Assembly (NCBI GenBank): GCA_004022145.1
Contig: RCNU01000002.1
Direction: 5' to 3' (one strand)
From: Paecilomyces variotii
Lineage: Eukaryota
DNA: 64,000 bases
Under the pieces are notes generated by a model. That model worked only from the letters and a program-made list of their open reading frames with translations. It did no database searches and had not been told where the DNA came from. Made by a program: the position numbers and the translations under genes. Below are positions 1-14,376 of this stretch, in pieces (within the stretch, counting starts at the first letter, position 1; the number at the start of each line of letters is the position of its first letter).

Positions 1-186
1 CAAAGCCTAGAAAGGAAGGAATTGGAGTCTAGAAATGCGACAAGGCGTATCGCAAGGAGAACGAGAGAATGTGTGGAAAGGACAAGAAAGTTGAACGTCT
101 TTTGGCTGGGTTTGGTCCGAAGACGGGGAAATTTTAAGAGCGTTCCAAGCCGGCGGAGGGGCAAAAACGAGGGGCGAAGTCGGCCT

Positions 187-423
187 TGACTCACCCGATA
201 AGATGGATTTTTACAGTGCATGTCATTCGCTCCATATCATTTATATCATGCTTATTCTTAGTTACATACAAGCTACCTAAGCTAGCTACTACTAGCTACA
301 GCATTATTACTGACAGTAAAGAACCTTACCTCTACTCCCAGAAATCATATAATATCAGAGTATAAGTTAATAATAATCCCTACAGCTTATCTCCCCGGCC
401 AGTACTTACCTATGTATGACTCA
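187..423. promoter_or_regulatory. Two TGACTCA (Gcn4/CpcA/AP-1-type) sites
   Basis: Exact TGACTCA at 187-193 and 417-423. The purine-rich + strand at 1-180 suggests the 5' leader of a minus-strand gene whose CDS lies left of the window. Confidence 0.35.
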
Positions 424-1410
424 CGCGAGCGAATCGAATCGGTCTCCACGTTTTTTCCCCTTCCCACAGCTCTGTGGCGAAAAAAACCATTACTGTAGCA
501 CATTTGACTAAGTAAAATCCCACTACGTACCTATTCCAACTTGAGACTATGGAGTACCATACAGTAATTAGGAACCATTGTTTTGTTTATCATTATTAGT
601 CAAGGGAAAAAAAGCAAAAAGTTCCCGCCCCTGCGCCATCCCATCCCTGGGAGCTCTCGTCTCTCCACGACGCCCGTGCTTAAGCTCTTCCAACGAATGA
701 GAGATGGTTCTGGAATTTGTAATTTGTAGCTGGCTACGTAGTTGCATCATCGTACTTGTATGGTACTTGTACTTTTTGTATGTATTATTATTTTAGGGGG
801 GGGAGAAAGAGGAAGTATGTTGCTGACCGGAATGAACAAGTATAAAAATGTATTTTTGAACATTATTCCCTAATAAATGACATTATGGAGAAAGAGTATG
901 ATGAAACGAAAAAGACAGAGGAGACGCATTATCCCGAGTAATTTGGCAGGTTACCACTGCTTTTTCTTTTTCTTTTTTGATTGAGAAGCGCATCTGGTGT
1001 TGAGAATTCTATACACCTAACAAACACTCCTGATGGATTAAGCAGGGCTGCAAATACATCTGAAGAAATCGAATTAGACACCAACGCCGCTCTCTGATTC
1101 CAGCCCCATCTCATAAAAGCAAATATCGTAGACGCCATGCTCGCTGTAAACACAGAAATCGCCGAAGAGAAACGCAACACGATGCAAGACAGACAGAGAC
1201 AGAAGGTGACTGACTGACTGGCTGGCTGATCTCATCCGCCCTTGTCGTGTCGACCGGTATCTGTCCCAAGGAGTCATTGGCAATAGATTTCAGTCACTCT
1301 TCGTCTTCCGTTGCCCATTTCATTCCACACCCAATTGCACACGGATTCGACATACACTAAGAAGTGTCTTTCTGGGCCTGTCGAATAACAGATCCATCTC
1401 TACCGTAGTC

Positions 1411-2183
1411 CTACAACGCCGGGTTCTCCTTCACAACCTGTCGCACCTTCTTCTCATACGCGGGACGATCCTTCTTGAAGAGGTTGTATGCTTCAGCCTG
1501 CGCAGGCGATTCCGGGTTGGGATCGTCTAATAGATCCTGAATACCCAGAAGGATCTGCTTGATCGTGATGGCTGGCTTCCATGCCTCCTCCTCGTTCAGG
1601 ATTGAGAGACAGACGGTACCGGAAGGGTAAACGTTGGGATGGAAGAGCGGAGGAACGAATTTGCCTATACGGAAAAACACGTAGGTTAGCTTCTATTTCT
1701 TCTGGCGACCATCTCTTCGACACAAGGAAATGTGCGCGCAGGAAGTGCGCGGATCTGCATCCTGCGCGAGTTCGAGCCGGGGGCTATATATAGGGTACAT
1801 ACACTTTGGAGGCTTCGTAGGATACTCTGCCAATTTCCCTCATGTTAGTCCACTGTCTGACCGAAGCGCAAGCTATAAGAGAAAGAGAAAACCACACTCA
1901 CCGTCCGGAAAAGTCACATCTAGCTTGAACAGTCCTCCTTCCCAGAGAGTCTTCTGCTTTCCCGGGATACCACACTCCCACTTCTTCAGATCCAATACAC
2001 CCTGTGGCGTCCGGTAGGGTTTCGCGTAGAAGCCGAACGGGTGGTCTCGTCTCCACTGCTTCCTATATAGACAAGCAGCAACGGTCAGCTTTGGGGCTCT
2101 CAAGCTGTGCGATTCAATCGCCACTCAGATCGCAATAACACATACCTCTCCTCCATAAGCCGGTTCTGGCAGAGCGTCGACAT
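1411..2183 (-). CDS. ubc9: SUMO-conjugating E2 enzyme Ubc9
   Basis: Four exons (2183-2146, 2062-1902, 1826-1803, 1664-1411) with GT-AG introns. Protein [28 protein letters not shown]...WEGG...[15 protein letters not shown]...PAQ, which includes the Ubc9 signature and catalytic Cys. Confidence 0.96.
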
Positions 2184-2751
2184 TTTGGTAGATTTTCGGC
2201 TCAAGAGACTGGTCTACAAGAGGCGACGATGGTTGCGAATAGCGCAGGCGCAAACGGACGTCAGATAGTTAGATCTGGTGTTAGGTTGAAAAGAAGTCAC
2301 TGGGTGACGGTAGGAGAGGGAGTGAAGAAAAACTGCAGGAAAAGAGAAAGTCAGATAAAGGCCGTGGCAGTGGAGCGGCAGTGGTGAGGCTCCGATCTGC
2401 TCAGTGAATGCTCATGAAGAAAGCCGCCATCCAGACCTTCACGGCCGATACAGTATTGGACCCCACGAGCGGCGCTCCGCAGACCCATCTAGAAAACACG
2501 TCACGTGATTGCCTCTCTAAAGGACGTCCCTCTGGTAACTTAGCAGAAATATCATAGTCATACATGTTCTTTTTCCTTTACACATATTGCTAGGGAAAAC
2601 AAGGTTGATTCCTAATATAGCAAGCCTAGAATGGATGGCATCCGTCCACGACTCTTGGATTCCCGCATATCAAACGCAACAGCCGAAGGTAACTGATCTG
2701 GCTGGAAGAGGTATCATTGAACGTCATAATAATAGTACATAACCAGCTCAC

Positions 2752-4604
2752 TCATAAATCCCCTTTTCAAACTTCTCATTGCTGAAGAATCGGGCCGTGA
2801 TTTTGTTGCCATTAAATATTCGTCCTTCAAGAGCGTTGACAGCCTATGAGATACAGTTAGTCAGGGTTCCATGGGCGGCAGGATAGCGGAGCCAAACAAA
2901 CTCACCCGTAAAGCAGAGAGCTGGCTAGTGAACTTAACAAAGACAGGAACAGAGTCGCCAGCATTACGATGAATGAAGACGCGCTCGACACGTCCATACT
3001 ATTATAAAGGTCAGATAGAAGTTGCCAAGCGGTCCTGGATAAACTCACCTTCTCGGCGCACTCTTCGCCGATCTCCTGCATCAGGCCTCCGTCCTGACTA
3101 CTCTCCAATTCTGCTTCCAAGTCCAGGCCATCCAGCATACCTCTCAGTACGATGACCTCACTCATAGCACCAAACTTGCCTTCATCCTCAGACTTCTTGG
3201 CGCTGCCAATGATCTTACCCCGGCCGCCAGGCCCAACAAACCCACCACCTTCAGAGTCAGGTTTCTTTTTCTGCTTTTCCACTTTGACCTGGAGCGGCTT
3301 GACGATTCCAGAACCAGTGGCACCTAGTCCTGATCCTTTCGACCAGCCGTACTTGGCCAGGAGACGTTCAGCAAAGCCTTTCTGGCCTGGACGTAGCGAC
3401 CGAGGAGCATTTCCATCTTCGGGCTCATCGACAGGCTGCTCCTTTGCGAAGGTTTCCTCCAGCTCTGCTTCTGATGCGGGGATGTCTTCCGGAGGCGGTG
3501 GTAGAGAGTATCGGACAGGCGCACGAGATATGGTTGCCGAAGGAGCCTGTATCGAAGAAAGAGAACGGGTAGGTTGTGGTGCAGGTGACGGTGGCTTAGG
3601 CGGCTGTGGATCAGAAGGTCCGGCAGCTGGCAAGATGCCACTCATCCGTAGACGTCGCGCATAAGCATCGTCGCCCGTCGGGTCGTCAGGGAGCGGCGCT
3701 GCAGGTTCTGGCGGAGGGCCCTCCGTAGGCGGCTCCGGCGGCGGCGACACCTTGTTGAGATCTGCAGGTGGTGCAAAGTTCAGACCAGGAGGAGGAGCGA
3801 ATTGCCCTAGAAACAATCAGTAACGTAGATCCGTGGAGAGACTAGACTTGGACGTGAGCATACGGTTCATCGGTCTTGAAGACTCTTCGTCACTGTCGAA
3901 AGCACTGCTATTCCGGCTAGCCATGCGATGAGCATAAAGACGGTCCTTCCACTCCCTGACCTCGCGTATTTTCTCCTCACTATGCTTGTACTCTTCGTAG
4001 ATATTCGGTCGAGAAGGGTCATAGATATCGTCCCAGTTCTGAAACACCGTCTCTGCCTCGCGGTTCTTCTTACGCTTTTTGCGTCCGCCGCGCTGACGTC
4101 TCTCGCCGTAGAATCCATTCACATCGTCATCGTCAGTTGCAGCCCAGTCCGCCAACGTCGTCTTGACCGGCGCTCGAATGGCCGCGTTATTGGACGCAGA
4201 AGCATCTGCTGAGGAAGTAGGCGCGGGCGACGTCCCAGGAACAGCTCTCGGCAATGTAGGCTTCGGTTTCGGTTTCTGAGCAGAGATCTGAGGTCTTTTC
4301 GTAGGTTGAAAGCGAAGAGCAGCTGGATTCCCCAAGCAAGCAACGCGACGGGACAAGTGAGTAATCAAATCGACAAGAGGGAGGTCTCTCATGAAAGAAG
4401 GGTCTAGGCTCTACCGGAATTGATCTGTTGCTTCTTTGCAGCGGACTCGTCTGGCTGAGAGTCGCCTTCTGGACTCTGTTTGAAGACGACGGGTGCTCGT
4501 GATATCGTCCCCGGAGTAGACGAGGCATCTGCTTCAGGATCAAGCAGGTTGGCGTACAGCGACAGCATGCCGCCGCCTTTCGACGGGGTAGCCTCTGGAG
4601 CCAT
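2752..4604 (-). CDS. SPF45/DRT111-like G-patch + RRM(UHM) splicing factor
   Basis: Five exons. Contains MLSLYANLL, a YDPSRPNIYEEY SPF45 motif, a G-patch (FAERLLAKYGWSKGSGLG) and a C-terminal RRM (EECAEKYGRV...VFVKF...ALEGRIFNGNKITARFF). Confidence 0.85.
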
Positions 4605-4936
4605 GCTGTAAGCGCAGATGGAGATGTCTGGCCAAATGATCGACTGGCAACTATCTAATAGTTCAAGCAACAAGCCATGCAGAATCACAAATGCCTGGAC
4701 GGCCAAAAGCGGGCAGTTTCGCCGCGAGTCGGCCGAATTCCCGAAGTAGAAGCGGGAAAGACCGGCAGTTTCGCACTGGGGCAACGTCATCTCCGCTCCC
4801 CGGATGAGGCAGAGAGATGGGGAGATCGTTGGATGCTCAGGGCTGGGGCTGGTTCTGTTTCTCTCTTGTACCATCTTGCATTTCGTTTCGTTTCGTTTCT
4901 TTTCCCGCTGGACGTACACTATTCTGTTGAGGAAGA

Positions 4937-6645
4937 ATGGCGACTCTAGCAAACACCTTTGCTACCGATGGCTCTGCCACGGCTATCATCGTCCCGAGCA
5001 AGCCTCAGGCGTTGACGGTGTCTTACAGACAGCTGAACTCCGCAGTGGCCACCTTCCAGGCGAAGTTGGCGAAACTGGGCATTCGTCCCGGAGATGCTGT
5101 GTCGATTGCTCTCCCCAATTCGTATGAATTCATCGTGGCCTTCCTGGCTGCGTCATGGCAGCGCGGCATCGCTGCTCCCCTAAACCCGGCTTACAAGCAG
5201 GAGGAATTCGAATTCTACATTGATGACCTCAGCTCTGCTCTGGCTCTCGTCCCGCAGGGCTCGTTTGAAAAGGATGGCCCTGCCGTCAGGGCGGCCCGTA
5301 AGTACCAGGCTGCCATTGCGGAATGCTACTGGGACGGCAAGGAAGTCGTGCTTGATGTGAAGGATGCCGGAAAGCTGGCGGGCAAAGGCAACCAGAAGAT
5401 CGAGACAGCGCTTCCGGACGATATTGCTCTGGTCCTGCACACGAGCGGGACGACAGGCAGACCGAAGGCTGTAAGAACATCATATTCCCTGTGGATTGAG
5501 TCGATACTGATGCTTATCGTTGACCAGGTTCCGCTTACGCACAGGAATCTCACCAGAACCATGAGTATGTTGCGCGATCCAGTACGTTGCGGTGGAAAGA
5601 TGCTGACAAGTGATACAGAGAACATCAAGGCCACATATGATCTGAGTCCCAAGGACCGGACGATGCTGGTGATGCCATTGTTCCACGTTCACGGCCTGCT
5701 GGCTGCGTTCCTGGCTCCTCTCCACGCAGGAGGTTCCGCAGTTGTTCCCCCCAAGTTCTCTGCGCACGAGTTCTGGACGGACTTTATCACCCACAAGGCC
5801 AATTGGTACACTGCAGTGCCAACTATCCATCAGATCCTGCTGAAGAACCCGCCGCCCAACCCGAAGCCGGAGATCCGCTTCATCCGTTCGTGCTCGTCGC
5901 CGTTGTCTCCTAAGACGTTCCACGAGTTGGAGAAGACGTTCAATGCTCCAGTCCTGGAAGCGTACGCCATGACGGAGGCTGCTCATCAAATGACCAGCAA
6001 TCCTCTTCCTCCCGGTAAGCGCCAGCCCGGCAGCGTGGGTATCGGCCAGGGAGTGGAGGTCAAGATCCTCGACCAGGAGGGCAAGGAAGTTCCGCAGGGC
6101 CAAGAGGCAGAGATCTGCGTCCGTGGAGAGAACGTCACGAAGGGCTACCTCAACAACCCGGAAGCCAACAAGTCGTCTTTCACTAAGGAAGGCTTCTTCC
6201 GGACCGGTGACCAAGGAAAGAAGGATCCTGATGGCTACGTTATCATCACGGGTCGTATCAAGGAGCTGATCAACAAGGGCGGCGAGAAGATCAGCCCGAT
6301 CGAGCTGGACAACACACTAGCGCACCATCCGGCCGTTGGAGAGGTTGTTTCTTTCGCCATTCCAGACCCAGGCCACTACGGAGAGGATATCGGCGTTGCC
6401 GTTGTCCTCAAGGGCAAGGGTGCGACGACGGAGGAGCTCAAATCGTGGATGGCTACCAAGGTGGCCAAATTCAAGGTCCCCAAGAGGGTATGTCCCATAT
6501 ACCTCTCCCTGATCAATCCCGCCGAATGCTAACCCAGTCTCAGATCTGGATCCTCAAGGAGATCCCGAAGACAGCAACCGGCAAAGTCCAGCGCCGCAAG
6601 GTGGCAGAAGCCATGCTGAAGAAAGACACCAGTGCCAAGCTGTGA
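4937..6645 (+). CDS. pcs60: Peroxisomal AMP-dependent acyl-CoA (oxalate-CoA-type) synthetase, PCS60-like
   Basis: Motifs LHTSGTTGRPK, PLFHVHGL, EAYAMTE, FRTGD and IPKTATGKV. Introns at 5471-5527, 5565-5618 and 6488-6543. C-terminal PTS1 -SAKL. Confidence 0.9.
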
Positions 6646-6659
6646 TCCAGTTAAGCTCT

Positions 6660-6660
<1 letters not shown>

Positions 6661-6684
<24 letters not shown>
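6661..6684. repeat. (AT)12 microsatellite
   Basis: Read directly; lies in the 3' UTR of the pcs60-like gene. Confidence 0.95.
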
Positions 6685-6690
<6 letters not shown>

Positions 6691-6993
6691 GTAGATGCCA
6701 GGCTGTTTATAACCCGTACCCCTTTCTTCCTGTGTCTACAATATCATGTATAAGTCACGTACATACATGTCTGCAATTTATCCAATATATGGCATTACCC
6801 ACTGGAATCATCAGTAATCAAATCTCAAGCCTTAAGAGAATATCTCCCCTAACTGAAGAAAATCCACTTAGATTCTCCCCATTCTCTTCTTATGTACATC
6901 ATTTCTGGACTCGGACCTAGATAGATGCCCCATATTCAATTCAGCCTAAGATCCCCACTAGATATATTTCATCAAAGACATATAGCGACATTC

Positions 6994-7395
6994 TTACGCA
7001 AGCGGCATCCGCACAGCTGATTGGAACTATACAAATCAGTTAGTTCAACCTTCCTCATAACCAAACAACAACAACAACAACAACAACAAAAAAGCCAAAG
7101 CAAAAAGAAAAAAAGGTGGGGGAACATATTACGTACCGGAATAATCTGCGCAGCATCAAAATCCCACACACCCTCCGTAACATAAACATCCTTGGAAAGA
7201 ATCTCCTTCGCTTCAGCGGCGGTATTCGCCATGACGATGATCATGCTTCCTTTGAAATTGGGCGTTTGGCCTTCCGCGGGGTGTTGGTCTTGGAACATGG
7301 CGCCGCCGGCGACGATGGAGCCGGATTCAACGAGGGGTTTGAGGCCGGATTTGTGGGTGCTGCGGGGTGGGAGGGAGGTTATGTTAGTTGGGGGT

Positions 7396-7442
<47 letters not shown>

Positions 7443-8037
7443 GGGGAAGGTTGGTTTGACATGATACGATATGTATGCGTTATGATGTCCGGATATGTAT
7501 TACTCCAGAAGAATCGCCCTGGAAACAATAGAGCATAGAGCATAACTCCAATAAAACGAACTGGGATAGAATCCCACAACAAGAAAAAAAAAAGCCAAAA
7601 GAAAAAGGACAAACTCACGGCCGAACCTCAATCCTCTTCGCTCCCACACCGGGCTTATCCGGGATGATAACGAGGAATTCCTTCTTCTGCGAAGAAGAAG
7701 ACATGTCGCTAGTCGTAGTGTCCGTAGTTGTAGTAATAGACCTATTAAATCTTCTCTGAACTCGTAGCGGAAGTATACCACGAGGAGGATATATATTCTT
7801 CTTCTTCTGCGCTGTCAAAGAAAAAGAAGAATAAAAAGAAGAAGAATGTAAAACCCCGCGAGGATTATTATAAGACGCAGAAGAATAATAAGCAGCGGGA
7901 GGAGATCGGGGCAGAAGCCGACTTGGTGGGGAAATCGGGAAGAACGCGGTGGGTACGACCAGGAGGAGGGGCTGCGTCGTTGTTGTTGTTATTATTGTTG
8001 TTGTTCTTCTGGCGGCTGAGGAGAAGAAGATGGACAT
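6994..8037 (-). CDS. YCII-related domain protein; start at ATG 7704 or upstream in-frame ATG 8037
   Basis: Three exons. Protein KEFLVIIPDKPGVGAKRIEVRP / THKSGLKPLVESGSIVAGGAMF...FKGSMIIV...LSKDVYVTEGVWD...QIIP / FQSAVRMPLA*, matching the YCII pattern (R..H, GGA, D.Y...GVW). Confidence 0.8.
7066..7089. repeat. (CAA)8 microsatellite in YCII intron
   Basis: Read directly. Confidence 0.9.
7401..7436. repeat. (GTAT)9 microsatellite in YCII intron
   Basis: Read directly. Confidence 0.95.
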
Positions 8038-9847
8038 GTTTGGATGTTATAATAATAATACCCTTGTCGTTAAATAACAGGTCTTGGCTCCAGTTGGCAC
8101 TGTTTTGTTATTGTCCTTGTCTTGCTGCCTTTTTTTTTTCTTTCTTCTGCTGCTGCTGTTTTCTGTCCGATTATCCAGATAGACAGAAAGCAGTTCAAGA
8201 AAACAACAAAAGCGGATAGCTTCCGACCGAGCTGGAGAGGACAAGAATCGAAATAGAGAAAGACCTCCAAAGAATGGCGTCTGAATTGGAACCTTATGAT
8301 TTTCCCCCCTCCTTTTTGGATCTAGTGCCGCGTGCCGCTCAGAAAGCCGAGGGAAACAAAGACGCAATTGACGAAGCTACCGTGTAGCAGGAGTTAGAAC
8401 AGACTGTACCAGACTGCCAGTCAAGAATGTATATCTCTCTAGTGTATTACGTAGGGCGCAGAGCATGATCACTCCTAACTTGTCAGACCAGTAAGGAGGA
8501 GATGAGGTAGTTGGACGACTGACTTGACCGGTAATTCGAGAAAACCAAGGCAAGTCAGCGCCTGTATAGACTGTGGGGCTCGTGGGACTGATAGAACTTC
8601 TACAGAATGTGGAGAGCTGCAGCACTACTAGAGTTAGTATAGTACTATGTACTTACTACTGTACGGACTGCGCGTCGATATCGCAGCAAGAGGCGCAGTT
8701 GTGAGTGCTTGATCGCTTCAAATACAACAATATCCAGAGACTACTGGTGAACGGAACTGCTCGCAACTTAGTCTACAATAATATGCGGTTTCACACACAA
8801 GCAACCACTGGAACAAACAGACCGAGCATCGTTTTCCGACAGAAGAAGCGTAGCCTATATATACAAGTACATACAGTACAATTGCAGGAGCTCAGCTCTC
8901 CCTTCCATCCCCCGGCCGCCCGCCCATTAGTAAGTTTAGAAGAAAAGGACCCGCGCATTCCTCAATGACATGCTGGGCTTTTTGTGCCATATGTGTTGCT
9001 GCTTCCGCTCCCTGCCATATCCTCTCTTAAATCTCCATGCAAAACAAATGATGATGATTATTCAACTCCAGCGTTGGCTTGGCTCCGCTGACAATCGGTG
9101 GGAACAGCCCACCGCCAAGCACACCCCGTAGAAAGCAAATTCCTGCACAAACCAGAACAATGCGCCAGTGTGGGAAGTGGCAAAAACATGACAGCAAGGA
9201 AAAAGAAAAAGAGCAAGCTGCTTCGAATCAAGGAAAAGGGGGGATATGAGAAACATGAAGGCGAATGGAATCCGGAGAGGCCCAACCCAAAAGAAATAAC
9301 GCTGTTGATCCCGAGGGTCGACGGTCCAAGCAGAGACCGCATCATTTCAACACACCAGCGGAAGTTGGCACGACCTTATAGCCATGACCGGTGCGGTCCT
9401 GAAGGCCTCCACCCGGAAACAGCAAGGAAAGGTACAGGCGAGAGAAGTGCGACTGACAAGGCAAGACTCGGAGACGATCAGCACCTATAGGGAAACCTTG
9501 AGACCACAAAACTCGAATACTCTCCTCCGTAGCGCCAAGGAAATGAAGACAAGAGAATCCCTAAACTGCGACAAGAAAGGAATCTTATTACCGCAATCAT
9601 TAGGCTGCTGGGCGCATAAACACTGTCCAGACGGGCGACAAGACCGATGAGCCGACGAAGAATCCGCCGGGAGTCCGGTTAGACTTCTCAGAAGGAGAAG
9701 AACCGAAGACCGTACGGAAGGAAGTCGAATCCCAGAGGGTTGCGATGAGATCCGAATGCTGAGCCAAGTCGAAGATGCCCATCGATCACCTCGCACATCT
9801 GTCAGATAGACGCCCTCGCAGCATGAAACAAAGTCACGAGTTCGTCA

Positions 9848-11331
<1,484 letters not shown>

Positions 11332-13054
11332 GGCTGCTATGTGTGTATATTTTTTTTTGGGCACAAGGAAAGGAGTGTTGGCTAGAACAGGACAGAGAAG
11401 AAGGAACCCAAAGAAGCTGCTGCTGCTGCTGCTGATTGCTGCGTGGCCGACAACAACAGGCCGGCCTGTGCACGGAACGGCGACCGTCTTCGGGGCGATT
11501 TCTTTTCCCAACAGGTCAATAATACCTTCAGCAACAGACAGTCTTGAGGACAGTCCTCGGGGGGAGGCAGATCAGCCCCAGCGGCGATTGTCGATGGAGT
11601 GGCACCGGATAGACGATGGCAGGGCGGTGGGGGAAGGATGGAGAGAGAAAGGGCAGACTTGTAGGGTGAGGTTCGAGGTTAGTTAGTAGTAGTAGTTAGG
11701 AGTGTCTGCAGCACGAGGAAGAGAGATGGTCGACCGGAGATTGGCCTCCAGACCCGCCGCGGGAGGGAACAAAAAATAGAACGAGGGATGGGATGTCTTT
11801 GGGAAGAAGAAGAAGAAGAACAAGAACTCAAGGATAATAAGAAGTGATAGTCATGGGATGGACAAACTATCAGATATTCTCTTTTTTATTGTTATTATTC
11901 TTATTGTTCTTGTTCTTCTTCTTCTCTCTCCACCGATGGATCTAACCAAGTAAGAAGAGTCCAGAACAAGAAAAGACCAACAAGTTAACAACCATCCAAC
12001 CCCCTATTGGGCTCTACGGGCATCTGTAGACTCCAGACATGCCACGCGATCCCTGGACGCTTGTCCCATTATGACTGACAGTAGTAGTATTAGTAGTATC
12101 TAGACTTCATCTCCTCAACCACACAACTAGGAATAATTATTAAATTACCCTAATTCACCAACTTAGTTAACTAATTAGTTAGTTATACATCTTACCTAAG
12201 CCTTGCATCGCTGTATCCACAAACATAATCATCTCTTTACGAGATAGCTCAACTCCATCTCCCCCATTGCATAATGCATAATGCATATCATCACACTATG
12301 CGCTCTAGAGTACGTACGTACGTACGTTACTTACGCATTAATCACTTTACTTACTTACTCTAGACTATCATCTGAACCCTTTTTTTTTTTTTTTTTTCTT
12401 CCTCCTTCTGCATCGATCGTCAAATCTTATCGTCGAGTTACTTACTCAACTGCCTTGCGGCGGTCCATCTTCCCCGCTGCACGTCTCGTCTCCCCTTGCA
12501 TCGAGCATCCAGCAATAGAATAGAATAGAATAGATAGTTCCCAATTTTCATCCGGTGGCGAAAAAGTCGTTAACGAAACCTCGGTTCATCCCCTCCATGG
12601 CTGGCTCTCATTGAGTTTGGGCCCCCGGAGCAAAGTTCAGCTGGTGAGATGCAATTTTTGTTGGTCGTATCCAGACTATCATCGTCCTTCATGCGTTAAG
12701 ACCCATTTTCGTTCAAAGTAAAATTCTTGCAGAGGATTGATGCCTAGTTAGTTATCTGGGAAATCGCACAATGGCTGCAGCACCTCTTAGAGACTTTAGC
12801 GAGAAACACGAAGAACTACAGAAGAATCCAGAATGGCTGCACGCAATCACCATATTATCCAAGTCACTAATGTACACACAAGTAAATTTCACCCCGGACT
12901 ACCCCCAAGTCTGTCCCCAGGACAACTTTTTACTTCTCTGCGCCATCAACATAGGATCAAGAGGAATCTCACAGAAAAAGAAAACAAAACATATATACAC
13001 CGAATATCAAAAGGTATAGAGCAGCCGAACAATGATAGATATCAAACGAAATCC

Positions 13055-13082
<28 letters not shown>
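13055..13082. repeat. Poly(A)28 tract
   Basis: Read directly; downstream of the bHLH gene. Confidence 0.9.
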
Positions 13083-13087
<5 letters not shown>

Positions 13088-13299
13088 TCCGAATAAAGAC
13101 AACACATAAACAAAAAACAATTCCCAGTGGTATAATGTTACAGGTAATCCCTGACCCGACGCAGAGGTTTCCGTCGAGGTCCCAAAAAGTCTTTCCATAT
13201 CCCAAATACTCCCATGACTCCCGGTCCTGCCGTGCCATCGTGCCACGTTCTTCCTGATATGTATCGTAAGCTCGTCAATTCTGTCATCCCCTAATTCGT

Positions 13300-14376
13300 T
13301 CATGTAGAGAAGGACCCCCGCCCAGACAGAGGCGAAGCACGAGAGGAGCTCTGGCACACGGGCGACGAGGGACTGGTAGCAGGCGGGGTGCTTCTAAAAC
13401 TGAACGAGAACGACTGTCCGAAGACCTGGGACGAACCAGTGTGGGGAGGTTCAGTGTTGGCCCCGGCCTCCGGACTGATCGCGGCCACCTCGTCGCAGAA
13501 GACCCTCAGGCCCGGAAGCATCTTCTTCTCCTCATTTGCCGGGATGGCCTCCAGAGGCCTGGGGCTGGTGGCCTCGGTCTTCGGGAGGCGGAACATCTGC
13601 TCGTACGACTTGAGCTGGAACTCGAGAGCCCGGTTTCTCTCCGCGAGAGTCTCGTTTTCATGCTTGACCGTCCTCAGCTGCTGCTGAGTCGACTCGTTCT
13701 GCTGCTGCAGGCTGCTCACCTGCTGTTGCAGATGCATGGCACGAATGTTAGCCTGCAGGTTCTCCGAGAGCTGCGGAGGGACCTTGTTCTTGTCCTGCTT
13801 CAGCAAGTGGACGATGATGACCAGCATGAAGTCAATGAGGTGAATGGCCCCTTGAACGATGTGCTCCTTGGACTGAGGCAGGCTCTTCGAAGGATTCCAG
13901 CCGGCCCGTTCAAGAAAAAAGTCGTGGACGCGGTTATCCAGCTCCCGGTGGAGCTGGCTCAGGTTCTTGCGGCGGTTTCCTTCGGCAATCCGGTGCTTCT
14001 CCCTCTGATCATCCAGATCGCCCGACATCTCGCTGCCCTTGCGTTTGCGTCCGCAGAGCTGCTGGAGAGGCGGTTTGCGATTGATGTTCCTCGGCGCAAC
14101 CAGTGCCATAATCTCAGCATAGGATAGATCGTTAGGCCAGCCAAAGGCCTTCTGAGTCGAAAAGGTCTCGCGCAGGGAGCCCTCAGTAGAGCTCGCCGGA
14201 GAAGGAGGCGACACGGCGTAGTCTGAAGACAGCCATGGGGACTTCAGAGGAAATGAGTCCTGGGAACTTGCCGGGCTAGGCGCAAGGATGTTCGGCGTGA
14301 ACGGGTTAAATGGGCCTGGGGGCAGAGGCTCAACCCTTGGGAGAGGAGGAAGTCGGCGCTCATCAGGCCTCTCCAT
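13300..14376 (-). CDS. bHLH transcription factor with coiled-coil
   Basis: Intronless ORF from ATG 14376. Basic region REKHRIAEGNRRKNLSQLHREL, helix 2 SKEHIVQGAI, then a Gln-rich heptad coiled coil. Confidence 0.85.
   Translation of the reverse strand: MERPDERRLPPLPRVEPLPPGPFNPFTPNILAPSPASSQDSFPLKSPWLSSDYAVSPPSPASSTEGSLRETFSTQKAFGWPNDLSYAEIMALVAPRNINRKPPLQQLCGRKRKGSEMSGDLDDQREKHRIAEGNRRKNLSQLHRELDNRVHDFFLERAGWNPSKSLPQSKEHIVQGAIHLIDFMLVIIVHLLKQDKNKVPPQLSENLQANIRAMHLQQQVSSLQQQNESTQQQLRTVKHENETLAERNRALEFQLKSYEQMFRLPKTEATSPRPLEAIPANEEKKMLPGLRVFCDEVAAISPEAGANTEPPHTGSSQVFGQSFSFSFRSTPPATSPSSPVCQSSSRASPLSGRGSFST

Noticed and set aside
403-411. TACTTACCT, resembling the U1 snRNA 5' end
   Set aside because: No U1 stem-loops follow; it lies in a low-complexity TAC/CTA-rich spacer.
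9049-9091. ATGATGA...CTGA as a box C/D snoRNA
   Set aside because: Too short, with no terminal stem or recognisable rRNA guide.
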